From contig LSRY02000038.1 in the NCBI GenBank assembly GCA_001643675.2, positions 744,001 to 808,000 of the forward strand: DNA of 64,000 bases, in the 5' to 3' direction. The DNA comes from Monocercomonoides exilis PA203. Its lineage: Eukaryota; Protista; Preaxostyla. A model generated the notes under the pieces. That model made no database searches. It had not been told where the DNA came from and saw only the letters and a program-made list of their open reading frames with translations. A program made the position numbers and the translations under genes. Positions 38,211 to 48,881 of this stretch are shown one piece after another; the stretch's first letter is position 1, and the number at the start of each line of letters is the position of its first letter.

Positions 38211-39070
38211 CACCATTTATTATTAAAATTTGGTAAACTTATTATTCAAAGTTGTGAAACTTCTTATTCAAAATTAAGAAAAATCAGAATTCTTTGAAAA
38301 AAATTTTTTGATATAATATGATCACTGGCTGAGTATCAGAAAGTGATTAAAATGTTTTGCTTTTTCATTATTCTTAAAAAGGATGAAAAATAAAACCTCT
38401 AATATTATTATTTGTCGAAAAACATGAAGTTTTTTGATTTTTCAGAAAAAAAATCATCATCCATGAAATCGGATAATTTTCAAATGAATTAACCTCACAT
38501 CGTTAATACATGCATTTTTCAATCAAAATATTTTATTTGTGTCAATTTTACAAACTGGAAACAAGAATTTTTTTATCAGTGAATAAATCCATGAATGAAT
38601 TTACGGAATTCTCCAATTGTTATTTATTGTTCATCTTAAGATCTTTAATTTATATAACATTTCATGATTGAATTATTCATTATTTCACATGGTGAGGTGA
38701 AATAATTCAAATATTATCCGATTTCATGGATGATGATTTTTTTTCTGAAAAATCAAAAAACTTCATGTTTTTCGACAAATAATAATATTAGAGGTTTTAT
38801 TTTTCATCCTTTTTAAGAATAATGAAAAAGCAAAACATTTTAATCACTTTCTGATACTCAGCCAGTGATCATATTATATCAAAAAATATTTTTTTATAAA
38901 AAATACTGAATTTTATAAATTTTGAATAATTAGTTGACCAATTTCGAATAAAAAGTTTACCAAATTTGAATAATTAGTTTGACAACTTTGAATAATAAGT
39001 TTAACAACTTTGAATAATTAGTTTACAAAAATTGAATAATTAGTTTATTAATTATGAATAATTAATGGTG
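38211..39070. mobile_element. Non-autonomous foldback/MITE element with TA flanks, ~20-bp subterminal tandem repeats and a 174-bp internal inverted repeat
   Basis: TA|CACCATTTATTATT...AATAATTAATGGTG|TA. Repeats of ~AAACTAATTATTCAAAGTTGT in opposite orientation at the two ends. 38304-38477 is the reverse complement of 38713-38886. Confidence 0.82.
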
Positions 39071-39536
39071 TATATTTTGAAAAAAAAATGTTTTGTAATT
39101 TGAATAAACTACAAAAAATTCAATATCAAAATGAGTGAATGTTTTTTGTTGTTGTATGTGTCTTTCGTTATATTTTGTCGATAAAAAAAACAAATTGAAT
39201 CATTATGATTTTTTTATGAAAAAGCTCATCAGGAATGGAAAAAAGTGGAACACAAAAGTTTTTAAAGAAAAAGATAAAGAAAAAGTGGAATTTATTGTGA
39301 ACCACTTTTCACACAGAAAGTTTCTGTTATGATTGCAGGAATATTTTCCTGCTTTGAAAATTGGATTCAATATTGCATCAACGTCAATTTTATTTTTTAA
39401 AAAAAGAAATATTTCAATTTAAATCTTTTTTGCTCACTCATATTTAATTGATTTGAAACAGAAAAATATTTTCAATTCTCAAACAGTCTCTTTCATATTC
39501 CAAGAACAAGCCATTCATTTAATATGCGTAGTTATT

Positions 39537-39778
39537 TGGGTGATTCTTTTTGAAAAGTCACAAAAGTTTAATTTTCAAATAAATCAAAAATTTCATATTT
39601 TTATGAAATTTTTGTCCGCGAACACCAAACTTCACAAACATGGAATCAATATCTTGATAATGCTATTTCAAACATTCTTAAGAAGATTCGTGAGTGGAAA
39701 CAGAAATTTGAGCAAAATATGAAATTTTTGATTTATTTGAAAATTAAACTTTTGCGACTTTTCAAAAAGAATCACCCA
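39537..39778. repeat. 65-bp inverted repeat (1 mismatch) with 112-bp spacer
   Basis: 39537-39601 is the reverse complement of 39714-39778. Both strands translate WVILFEKSQKFNFQINQKFHI. Confidence 0.9.
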
Positions 39779-41075
39779 TTTGTCAAACCATGTTTTTTCT
39801 ATCAAAGACTTTGATTTTTGGAATTGCTTTGAATATTTCTGAATGAACACAGAAAAGTGATAATTGCCATTGAAAACATTTCTATCACTCTTTTTCATCA
39901 ACCATTGGCTTTTGATATATTCGATAGGATTTTCACATTTCAATGAATAATTGATTTTTTTTGGCAATGAATGCTCATAATAATCATTAACACTATAAAA
40001 GTTATGATTTCTTAAATAATCATCCATATCGAAAAACATTTTTCCTTCTTTGAAATAAGCCACGATTTGCTCCAATCTTTTTCTGTTTTCATTTCATTGC
40101 AAAGGTTGCATTTTAATCCAAAATAATATTGATAGATTATTCAAAAACGAAAAGATTTTTGAATTCAAATATTGATCAGAATTTTGGAAACAAAATTTTG
40201 TTCCATATTCGTTAACTGGCTGCTCGTTCATTTCTGTTTATATTTTTCATGAAAATAAATTACGACACGCAAGGAAAAATTTGATGATATAATAAAACAC
40301 TAAGTTCTATTTAAAAAAAAGATCTGAATCATTTATGCAACAAAGAGAAAATTGACTGATTGATAACAAGAGTTTTTCTTTTATATATCAAATTAATTTT
40401 ATTTGAAAATTGAACTCATATTTCGTTTTCAATTGAACAAATCCATATGAAAACGTCATTTTTTTGTTTATTTTTTTTAACAATAAATATCCACATTGTT
40501 TGATGGTATTTTTCTTTTATTGAAAACATGAAGTGTTTCACATTTTCTGAAAAAAATGTTTGGGGAAATATTTTTTTTTTCCAGTAAGTTGAAAGAAGAC
40601 TGTGAAAAGAACAATCAATCTGTTTTTTCACAAACATTTCGAGTGAAAAAAATGAGATGAAAAACAGCATCAAGACTCTGTGGGAAATGTGAAAAAATAT
40701 ATTGATCTCGAAAAAGGCATTTCCATGAGTAAATGTGAAATCTGTGACAATTGAATCACTTTTGACGTTTCCCTTTCTTCGAAAAAACAAATAATAAAAA
40801 CAGAACAAAAGATAATGGAAGATCTGTTCCAAATGAATCATATGCCAACAGTTTTATTCTTGATGCTCCCGTTCAGGAAGCACTCTCATTTTCAGAGAGA
40901 AAAATATCAATGATAGAAATGCAACAAAAACACAAAATGGAAGCAATACAAAAACAAAAACCGAAAAGAGATGCGATATATTTCAACAAACAAAAAACGA
41001 GAAGCTTCTTATTGAAGTTAAAAGCCATTTTCAATTTTTCTATTTTCAACAATTCTGCACAGAGCAATTCGTTTC

Positions 41076-44000
41076 TCAACGATTGCACATGCTGCCAATG
41101 TTGGAATCTGATTCACTGCTTTTGCTTTTGCTAATTTGACTCTTGTCAACTTTGCTGTCTTTTTTGCCACAGCTCTCAGCATTGCAGGTGAAAAGAGCAT
41201 CTGACATGGTGAGCGCAACTGCACTTGCTGGAAAGTGTTGGATGAACTCTCTTTTCAGATCTCCCAAACAAGGCCTGCTTGCAGATGGTTGCACGAGGCA
41301 CATCTTCACCATTTCCCCAAAAGATGACTCCTCCATCATTTTTGCATCTGGTCTTTCTCCATTCACAATCTTCTGCCCCGCCACCTCTCCCTCATAATCC
41401 CCAAATGGGACCTCCAGTGTCAGGCACTCCCACAGCATCATCCCAATCGAGAATGACACCGACTCCTTTGTTGCCCCCATCTTCTTGTTCATCAGCAACT
41501 CTGGAGCCTTCCATCTCAAACACTCTTTTTTGAAACTATCTTCATCCTCAAAGGCAGATGAGGGCAGGGAATTATCATCATCATCATTATCATCGGTTGT
41601 TGAAGTGACAACAGTTGATGAAGAGATGGATGAAATATCTGAACTATCATCTGATAAAAGGTCTGAGTGCATCACAATACAGATCACCATGTGCTCTGAG
41701 AACAAAACAATGTGCGGACTCAGATTGGAAAGAGAAGAAAGTGGATTTTCCATTTCATCAAAAGAGTGAAGCGCGAGATTGGCCACCCAGAACAGAATTT
41801 GGGCAGCTGTCTGCTCCCTCTCTTCCAGCGTGCCAATCGCCATCTCCTTTGTTTTATTCCTTCCATGAAGCAACATGAACAGTGAATCCCTCAGATCCAC
41901 AATCAGCTTCTCATGAGGGGATGAGCAGGCCATTGCATCCACCAAGTTCGACATCGATGAGGTGGTGGGGCACATACTCTCTGGTCGGATAAAAGTGGAA
42001 TCTGTATCTGTTGTTGAGGTTGATGAAATTGATGGTGATGGTGTTCTCTTTCTTGTTTCCTCCTCAATTTCTTTCTCATCAACCTTTTCCAACATCCATT
42101 CTGGGATCTTGTCGGAGTCTTTTCCCAATATGTATTCAGTTGAGCCGCTCTCAGCCAGCAAATGCTCTGATGACTCTGAGTGTCCCAAGCTTTTCGCATA
42201 CACTCTCTTCTTCATCCTCTCTTCATTCTTCTTCTCTGCCTCCCTCTCTGCTCTCCTCCACTGCTCCTCTGGTGACATCTCCATCGTCACCATCTCAAAC
42301 GCCTTCGGATCCTTTCTGATGTTATCATTCACCATCTCTCTCAGATCTTTGTTCTCGTTCTTCGCCTTCCTCCATCGAACAATGAATATTATTGATACAA
42401 TCAGAACAATCAATAATACCACAACAAGAACAATCACAATCAATAACAAATATGATTTCCCTTCTTTCCCTCCTTCAACCACTTTTTCATCTCCTTTGAC
42501 ATATGATTCGGTTTTGTTCTTCAGAATCAGCGGAGAAGTTGATGCCTGTTGCTTCCCAAACAATATCATCACAGACACCTCTGTTTCATCTGAAGCCAAT
42601 GAAATATTCTCTGATGGAACTCTTCCAATCACTTCTGCTTCTGAAACAAAACTGTCTTCCTCAAACTGATATGTCTCAACCAACTCCACATCTCCTGTTT
42701 TATACACCAGTCTGAATGACAAGTCACATGGCACAAAAAGGGATCCCTTGAATTTCACAACAACATTACCACCATTTTCAATGAGAGATGCCTCTTCGAG
42801 CTTTGGAATGAAGAAAGGAGATGACCTTTCTCCTGCTATTCCGCCAAGAGTGCATCCATCATTCAAAACCCAAAGGGAAGAATTGGGCATCAACCCATCT
42901 CCACCTTTCAAACTATTTATGTTCAATATTCCAGAATCTGAACAAAGGATGTTTCTTCTCACTGATGGATATTTTTCAATGAACGGATTGTTGTTCTCAA
43001 ACTCTCCTTTCTCAATTGTCGCATTGCCAGTGGAAATGGATAATCCACCTGACGAAGCATTCAACATTGATGAATCCTTCATCACCAATGAAGTGTTTGA
43101 AAAATGAACAAGCGATCCACTCCATTCGCATATTTCTCTCAAATCATCATTTCCCTCCATTTCCCTTTCCCTTTCATTCGAAAGCACTCCAACAAATCGA
43201 CATAAATCCATCAAAATATCCCTCGCATTTCCTATCTTCATGATGTTTCCTTTGTCAGACACTGAATAACAATTTGAACAAGTGCAATTAGAAAGTGTCA
43301 TTTGAGCAGAAGTTGAAGATGCTGAAAGAACAGAAGCTCCTTCTGAGTTCCTCGTACAGTTGCTGAATGAGCAGATTCCAATAGATATTGAACTCGAAGA
43401 TGAGTCGTTTATCTCAATGATGCAACCTTCAGACAATTTCACTCCATCTGCAGATGCTCCATTTAAAACAACACTTTCACAACTGCATATCTCAAATATA
43501 TTTGCTGCCGATTCAATCTGTTCCAGTTTCACATTTGTAATATTTATCTCGTCTCCATTAAGCAAAAATGAAGGCTTCTTGAATGAAAGCATGAATATTG
43601 AGCAGTTGTCAACATGAAGAATTCCATTTTCGATGTTCAGCAATGTTGAATTGAGAATAATAGATTCTATGTTATCTGATTGGCCAACTAAAGAAAAATC
43701 AACAAATGAAACAGAAAGTTGTCCATTCGCTTCATGAATGATTGAACTTCCAGAATAAGAAAACGACTTGCCAAAGGAAAACTCAACACTTTCGATCCGA
43801 ACTTTCTCTGAAGTTGTGATAAGATTTCCCTCGTCTCCAACAATTGTTGAGTTCAGATGCACCAAAGCAGTTGAGGGAGATTCAAGTGAGCGGATGATCA
43901 CATCATGCACATCACGTTCCCCATTGATGATTGTTTCCTTTGAAATCAGCAGCTGAGAATAAGATGATGGAATAATATGTGTCACTCCTTCACTCAAAGA

Positions 44001-47000
44001 CTCACAAGGCACTTCAAACCCTCCACATTGCTTGCTGTCTCCATGTTTGTCTGCAACTGAAGAAACAAATATCGTTTCGCTCTGGTATTTCACAACCCTC
44101 ACCAGAAGATCTTCTTCGTCCAGAAAAGAATCTGTTATGCAGCCCCATACTGCCAGTTCTTTCACAAACGGTGTTCTGAAATCCAAAAGGAATTGGTCAT
44201 CAACAATTTGTGTTTCAATTGAGCGGCATCGAATATACACATCTCTCCCTCTCAATGCAGAGTTGTCTCTGAACGTGATGTTGGATAGCATAAAGTTCAG
44301 AGGCTGCTCAACCACCGAGGTGCATTCCAGAAACAGCCATCCACCTCTTCCTGTGGTGGAGCAGAAGCACTCAGAAATCGTGCAAAATGAGCAGTCAAAA
44401 CATCCTCCTTCGTTCAACATGCAAAACATCCCTCCTCCCTTTCCACACCTTGTTCCACCACACTTCTTTATCGTTGTGTTTCGCATCACTATTTTCAATG
44501 GCTCATTATTAATATCCTGAATGATGGAAATATCATCAGTCGTATTCTGGGTTACTTCTTCGAATAAACTCCACTCAATAACAATATCTTGTTCATCTTC
44601 ATTTTTTTCTCTTCTTGAACTCTTTGAAATGCTCAATCCGCTTGCCCCATCCAGCTCAACATTCTTCATCGTCATGTTTTTAATATTCAAAGTCGTTGTT
44701 GACAACAGTGAAATAACATCCTTTGAAAAGTGTAAAGATTGCATTGTTACAAATTCCAACACAACTGTTCCACCATCTGCCTTGATCAACCCAAAGCTGA
44801 TTATTTTTTCTCCGCTTTCTTCCATTTTAGTGAATGAACAGTCCTTCACAGTCAACAATCCCTCACTTGAGCCAACATAAATCAAAACATTCACTCCACT
44901 TGCGAATGAAGATGGAATCACAAAGTTTATCAGTTCGAAATTTGTCTTGTCCAGAATTTTCATTGCTGATCCTTCTGATCCTTCAAGCGATGAAACACAC
45001 TCCAAAAAGCACGTGTCTGCATTGTTTGAGCTTATTGAAAACCCACTCACATCAACACATTTCTGAAGAATTCCTTTTCCAATGATGCTGATAATCCTTT
45101 CGTTTGCTTTTGGCATTTTTGCCAACGAATAATCGATTGACAAACAAGGATAATCTGAAAAACCACAGGCAAGTATATCTTTCCCATCACCTCTAACAAA
45201 CACTTCTGAGCCAAGTGAGAGCCAAAAATACACCAGTGGAATGGCATTCGCTGTGTCACTTCCATGAAAGCCTCTCATCGAATCCAACGAAATATCATCC
45301 AGATTCTCAGACACAAATGGGAGAGAGGTGTTTGTGATGCTCTTTGTCAAGTCGGATGATTCAACAAAAAGGTCATTTCCATATCTTGCAATATTAGGCT
45401 TGTCTGCCTCAAAAATTTGAGATGAGATTACAAATGAAGAAAAGCCATCGATCAACTCCAGTGACATCCCTCCTCCAAGTCCAGTTTTTTCATCTTCTGC
45501 TGGTGCTGTGCATCCTGTGAACGTGCATGAAATAACATTCATTTGAATATTTCCTTTTATCTGAGCATTGATGGCCCCTCCTCTGCTTCCATCAGCCAGC
45601 ACTGAACATCCATCAAAACCACATTCTTCAATATTAATTTCTCCATTTGAATTTTCATCATGGCTATTGTCAATGCTTATACAGCCTCCACTTCCTGCTG
45701 CTCTTTCGATTTCTGAAAAAGTGCAGTTCGTCATTTTCAGCCACGGAGTGCTCATTAACTCGGTATTTGTGCCGCTTCCAGACAAAGAGATCAACGGAAT
45801 TCCACTCAAAGTGATTGATGAAGCAGAGAAAGAATCAACCGCCAAGGTTCCAGATTCAACAGATAAGAATAGCAATGATAATTCAGATAAAGGATTTTGA
45901 AGAAATAGTGAACAGTGAGACAGAGTCAACGAAGAAGACAAACAAGAAATAAAAGTGGAATGTGATGAAAAAGAAGAAGAAAGAGAGAAGATAAGTTTTG
46001 ATAATTCTGTTTCAACATTCAATGAAATCATCTCTGAATTGGATGTTGAACTTGAATCAGAAACTGTCCATCCACTTTGATCGTCTTCTCCTCTGATATC
46101 ATGTTTCTGTTCAGAAAAGGTCAATTCATCGCTCATCGCAATCATTTCGCTCACAACAACTTTCTTTTCTCCTGTTAATCGTGCGAGTGAGTGCTTCATT
46201 GTCAAACAGGGGAATTGGACGATTCCACAGTGTGAGTGATCAGATGCCTCAACGTTGCTCACACGTATTTCTTCTGGGGTGGGAAGGAGATAAATGCACA
46301 GAGGGACAGCCAAAGTTGTATTTCCCTTGTCATATCCTCGAACCTTATCAAAAGAATCCAAAGAGGCTGTCACGCAAGTGATTTTCTGTGACTTTGCAGT
46401 TTCTTCCAGATTTGGTGAAATGACAAAGATGTCTCTTCCCCATTTAGCCGTGTTCGTTACAAAGGAAGAAGAAATCAGGAATTCTGGATTTTCATTCAAT
46501 AATCGAAGAAGGATTCCTCCGCCAAGACCATTGGATGACGAACAAAAGCACTCATCAAAAGATCCACCATTCACTTTCACCTCATTTTCATTCCCAACAC
46601 ATAGCATCATCGAGCCTCCATTTTCCGAAGTTGTGCTTCCACAACCTTCGAATGTGCAAAAATTCAAATTGGCGTTGACCTTTTCGTTGGAAAATGAGAT
46701 GACAGCAGCTCCGCTCGTTGTTTTTTTTATTCCCGCAAAGGCACACTCGTAAAGTGTCAATGTAATTTCATTTGTCGAAGAAAGCAAAAACAATGAAGTT
46801 GTGGAGATAGTCTTTGCCCAGTTCACATTTTCCATCTGCAGCATTCCATTATGAACATTGATCAGCTCTGTTGTGAATGCTGTTTCTGTTGATTGCCCAC
46901 TTCCAGCAGATATATTCAGTCTGCTGATACTCATCTCTCCTGCTCCAGTAATCTCAAATACCCTTGAATCACGATTGTTCGGATGTATTGGATCATGCAC

Positions 47001-48881
47001 AAGTGAAAGGTCACTTACAGTCAATGTGCCTATAGAAATAGAAAATAGAGATAAGCCTGGTTCTTCAGATTCAATTTGGATTGTTGTGCTCGTATCACTT
47101 TGGCCATATATTGTGTACGTATTCACTCCACAATCCACACTTTTAGTTTCTGTGATCGTTCCCGAAAATATTTCTACATTGGGAACCAAATCTGGAATGA
47201 GTTGTGTGAGGCAACGGCTGATGGTGCTGCATGGATAAGATTCATAAATTCCACATGCAAATGTGTCAACAGCATTGGGTTTTGTTGTAGTTGAAGAAAC
47301 AAATCTTGTTCTTCCATAATCATTTCGAAGCCAACTGCTTGTATCGACAATGGAGTAGTATGATTTGCTAACTCTATTTGATGCATTCCTTGTTGAATAG
47401 CATGTGGAATCAATGTTATTTTCTGTTGAGTCTTGAAGAATAATATCATGCCCAGCATTTTTACAAGTGTTATTGTGGAAAAAACAATAGAAAAATAGAA
47501 CTCCATTATTATTTGAATTTATTTGTTGACATACAGCACCAGCTCCATAAAGAGAATCACATTGACAAAAGAGACAATTTGAAATGACAACTTGATCCGT
47601 GCATCCCCAATGCTCAATTGCTCCTCCAGTGGATGAAGCTGAATGATTTGCTTTGCAAGAGATAAACAATGAATTAACAATGCACGGCTTTTGTTTTTTC
47701 GTCATCGTTGGACGTAGATCAATAGCCCCTCCATCGTCACCAGAAGAGCAATTATTAAACAAACAATCATCAACCATTGATTGCGTATTCACATTCTCAA
47801 TCATTATTCCTCCACCTCCTAAATCTTTTGTTGCTGCTGCAGAACATTGGACGAATGCTGTATGAATCACAATGCATTCAGCGATTTTCAAAGCATGCAT
47901 TCCTCCGCCTCTCGTGGATGATGCATTGCATCTTGTGAATGAAGAATTTTCAACTTTCAGAATGGTATTTGAATTATCATGCACATAAAGAGCACCTCCT
48001 TGTTCGGCTGTGCAGTCTGTCCATTCACATAATGAAAATGATTGGCTTTCTGTTGTGTTCATTTGTTCTCCTGGTTGAAGATCATTAGTTTCTCTTTTCC
48101 CATTGCTTATTGTCGTGTTTTTGCAGACGAATTCATGTGAAGAATGAGATCCACTCGAAATACCTCCTTCAAACACATTCACACATGAATAAATGAGGCC
48201 GTTCTCCATTGAACTTCGAAAACATGAATGCTCCATTCGATAATCACTGTTCTTTTCATATTTCACAGACATGTTCCTGAAGGCACAATTATCAATCTGT
48301 TCACTTTGGCTCTTTCCAGATAGCAGAAAATAATCTGAAGATGAAACTGCCAGATCTGTGATGATTGAGTTTCTCAAAATGGCAAAATTAGAACCACCAG
48401 ATGAAAATATGAGGCTGTAAGGGTTCAGATTCTTTTGAGGGATCAAAGTCATGTTTGTGAGGCAGATTGACCCGCGATTCAAATAAAACGGAGATTCCGA
48501 TTTTTGGTGGGAAATGCAGGAATCAAGCATCACATTTGATTTATCTGCTATTAGCATCAAAGGTGAAGACAAATGTTCAATTGCCACATTTTTCAGTCCA
48601 ACTGTAGAATTGTGCAATCCCAAAAATGTGTTTTTCACTGTAGAAAGTTCTGACTGGAATCCTTTCACTTCCAACAATGCATTCTGTTCAATCAAGTAAT
48701 TAACATCAATCTCTGACAGATATTGTGCATCATTTGAATAACCTGAACACAAATAAAGAAAATTATTGAAATAATAATAATTTGAAAAAAGACCTTGGTT
48801 TTCAAATGGGACTGTTCCAGAAATATCCCGTGCTTCAAATGCCTTCCCAAGAATCAAACATGCTAAAAGGAACAAATGCAT
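41076..48881 (-). CDS. 2601-aa type I membrane protein: parallel beta-helix (GGA/FxxC) ectodomain, single TM, cytoplasmic pseudokinase-like domain
   Basis: Signal peptide MHLFLLACLILG. Repeated GGAL/GGAI and FxxC motifs. TM LLLIVIVLVVVLLIVLIVSIIFIV. Kinase C-lobe motifs RWKAPE, SFSIGMMLWECLT.EVPF, GERP and RP. Confidence 0.88.
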   Translation of the reverse strand: MHLFLLACLILGKAFEARDISGTVPFENQGLFSNYYYFNNFLYLCSGYSNDAQYLSEIDVNYLIEQNALLEVKGFQSELSTVKNTFLGLHNSTVGLKNVAIEHLSSPLMLIADKSNVMLDSCISHQKSESPFYLNRGSICLTNMTLIPQKNLNPYSLIFSSGGSNFAILRNSIITDLAVSSSDYFLLSGKSQSEQIDNCAFRNMSVKYEKNSDYRMEHSCFRSSMENGLIYSCVNVFEGGISSGSHSSHEFVCKNTTISNGKRETNDLQPGEQMNTTESQSFSLCEWTDCTAEQGGALYVHDNSNTILKVENSSFTRCNASSTRGGGMHALKIAECIVIHTAFVQCSAAATKDLGGGGIMIENVNTQSMVDDCLFNNCSSGDDGGAIDLRPTMTKKQKPCIVNSLFISCKANHSASSTGGAIEHWGCTDQVVISNCLFCQCDSLYGAGAVCQQINSNNNGVLFFYCFFHNNTCKNAGHDIILQDSTENNIDSTCYSTRNASNRVSKSYYSIVDTSSWLRNDYGRTRFVSSTTTKPNAVDTFACGIYESYPCSTISRCLTQLIPDLVPNVEIFSGTITETKSVDCGVNTYTIYGQSDTSTTIQIESEEPGLSLFSISIGTLTVSDLSLVHDPIHPNNRDSRVFEITGAGEMSISRLNISAGSGQSTETAFTTELINVHNGMLQMENVNWAKTISTTSLFLLSSTNEITLTLYECAFAGIKKTTSGAAVISFSNEKVNANLNFCTFEGCGSTTSENGGSMMLCVGNENEVKVNGGSFDECFCSSSNGLGGGILLRLLNENPEFLISSSFVTNTAKWGRDIFVISPNLEETAKSQKITCVTASLDSFDKVRGYDKGNTTLAVPLCIYLLPTPEEIRVSNVEASDHSHCGIVQFPCLTMKHSLARLTGEKKVVVSEMIAMSDELTFSEQKHDIRGEDDQSGWTVSDSSSTSNSEMISLNVETELSKLIFSLSSSFSSHSTFISCLSSSLTLSHCSLFLQNPLSELSLLFLSVESGTLAVDSFSASSITLSGIPLISLSGSGTNTELMSTPWLKMTNCTFSEIERAAGSGGCISIDNSHDENSNGEINIEECGFDGCSVLADGSRGGAINAQIKGNIQMNVISCTFTGCTAPAEDEKTGLGGGMSLELIDGFSSFVISSQIFEADKPNIARYGNDLFVESSDLTKSITNTSLPFVSENLDDISLDSMRGFHGSDTANAIPLVYFWLSLGSEVFVRGDGKDILACGFSDYPCLSIDYSLAKMPKANERIISIIGKGILQKCVDVSGFSISSNNADTCFLECVSSLEGSEGSAMKILDKTNFELINFVIPSSFASGVNVLIYVGSSEGLLTVKDCSFTKMEESGEKIISFGLIKADGGTVVLEFVTMQSLHFSKDVISLLSTTTLNIKNMTMKNVELDGASGLSISKSSRREKNEDEQDIVIEWSLFEEVTQNTTDDISIIQDINNEPLKIVMRNTTIKKCGGTRCGKGGGMFCMLNEGGCFDCSFCTISECFCSTTGRGGWLFLECTSVVEQPLNFMLSNITFRDNSALRGRDVYIRCRSIETQIVDDQFLLDFRTPFVKELAVWGCITDSFLDEEDLLVRVVKYQSETIFVSSVADKHGDSKQCGGFEVPCESLSEGVTHIIPSSYSQLLISKETIINGERDVHDVIIRSLESPSTALVHLNSTIVGDEGNLITTSEKVRIESVEFSFGKSFSYSGSSIIHEANGQLSVSFVDFSLVGQSDNIESIILNSTLLNIENGILHVDNCSIFMLSFKKPSFLLNGDEINITNVKLEQIESAANIFEICSCESVVLNGASADGVKLSEGCIIEINDSSSSSISIGICSFSNCTRNSEGASVLSASSTSAQMTLSNCTCSNCYSVSDKGNIMKIGNARDILMDLCRFVGVLSNEREREMEGNDDLREICEWSGSLVHFSNTSLVMKDSSMLNASSGGLSISTGNATIEKGEFENNNPFIEKYPSVRRNILCSDSGILNINSLKGGDGLMPNSSLWVLNDGCTLGGIAGERSSPFFIPKLEEASLIENGGNVVVKFKGSLFVPCDLSFRLVYKTGDVELVETYQFEEDSFVSEAEVIGRVPSENISLASDETEVSVMILFGKQQASTSPLILKNKTESYVKGDEKVVEGGKEGKSYLLLIVIVLVVVLLIVLIVSIIFIVRWRKAKNENKDLREMVNDNIRKDPKAFEMVTMEMSPEEQWRRAEREAEKKNEERMKKRVYAKSLGHSESSEHLLAESGSTEYILGKDSDKIPEWMLEKVDEKEIEEETRKRTPSPSISSTSTTDTDSTFIRPESMCPTTSSMSNLVDAMACSSPHEKLIVDLRDSLFMLLHGRNKTKEMAIGTLEEREQTAAQILFWVANLALHSFDEMENPLSSLSNLSPHIVLFSEHMVICIVMHSDLLSDDSSDISSISSSTVVTSTTDDNDDDDNSLPSSAFEDEDSFKKECLRWKAPELLMNKKMGATKESVSFSIGMMLWECLTLEVPFGDYEGEVAGQKIVNGERPDAKMMEESSFGEMVKMCLVQPSASRPCLGDLKREFIQHFPASAVALTMSDALFTCNAESCGKKDSKVDKSQISKSKSSESDSNIGSMCNR

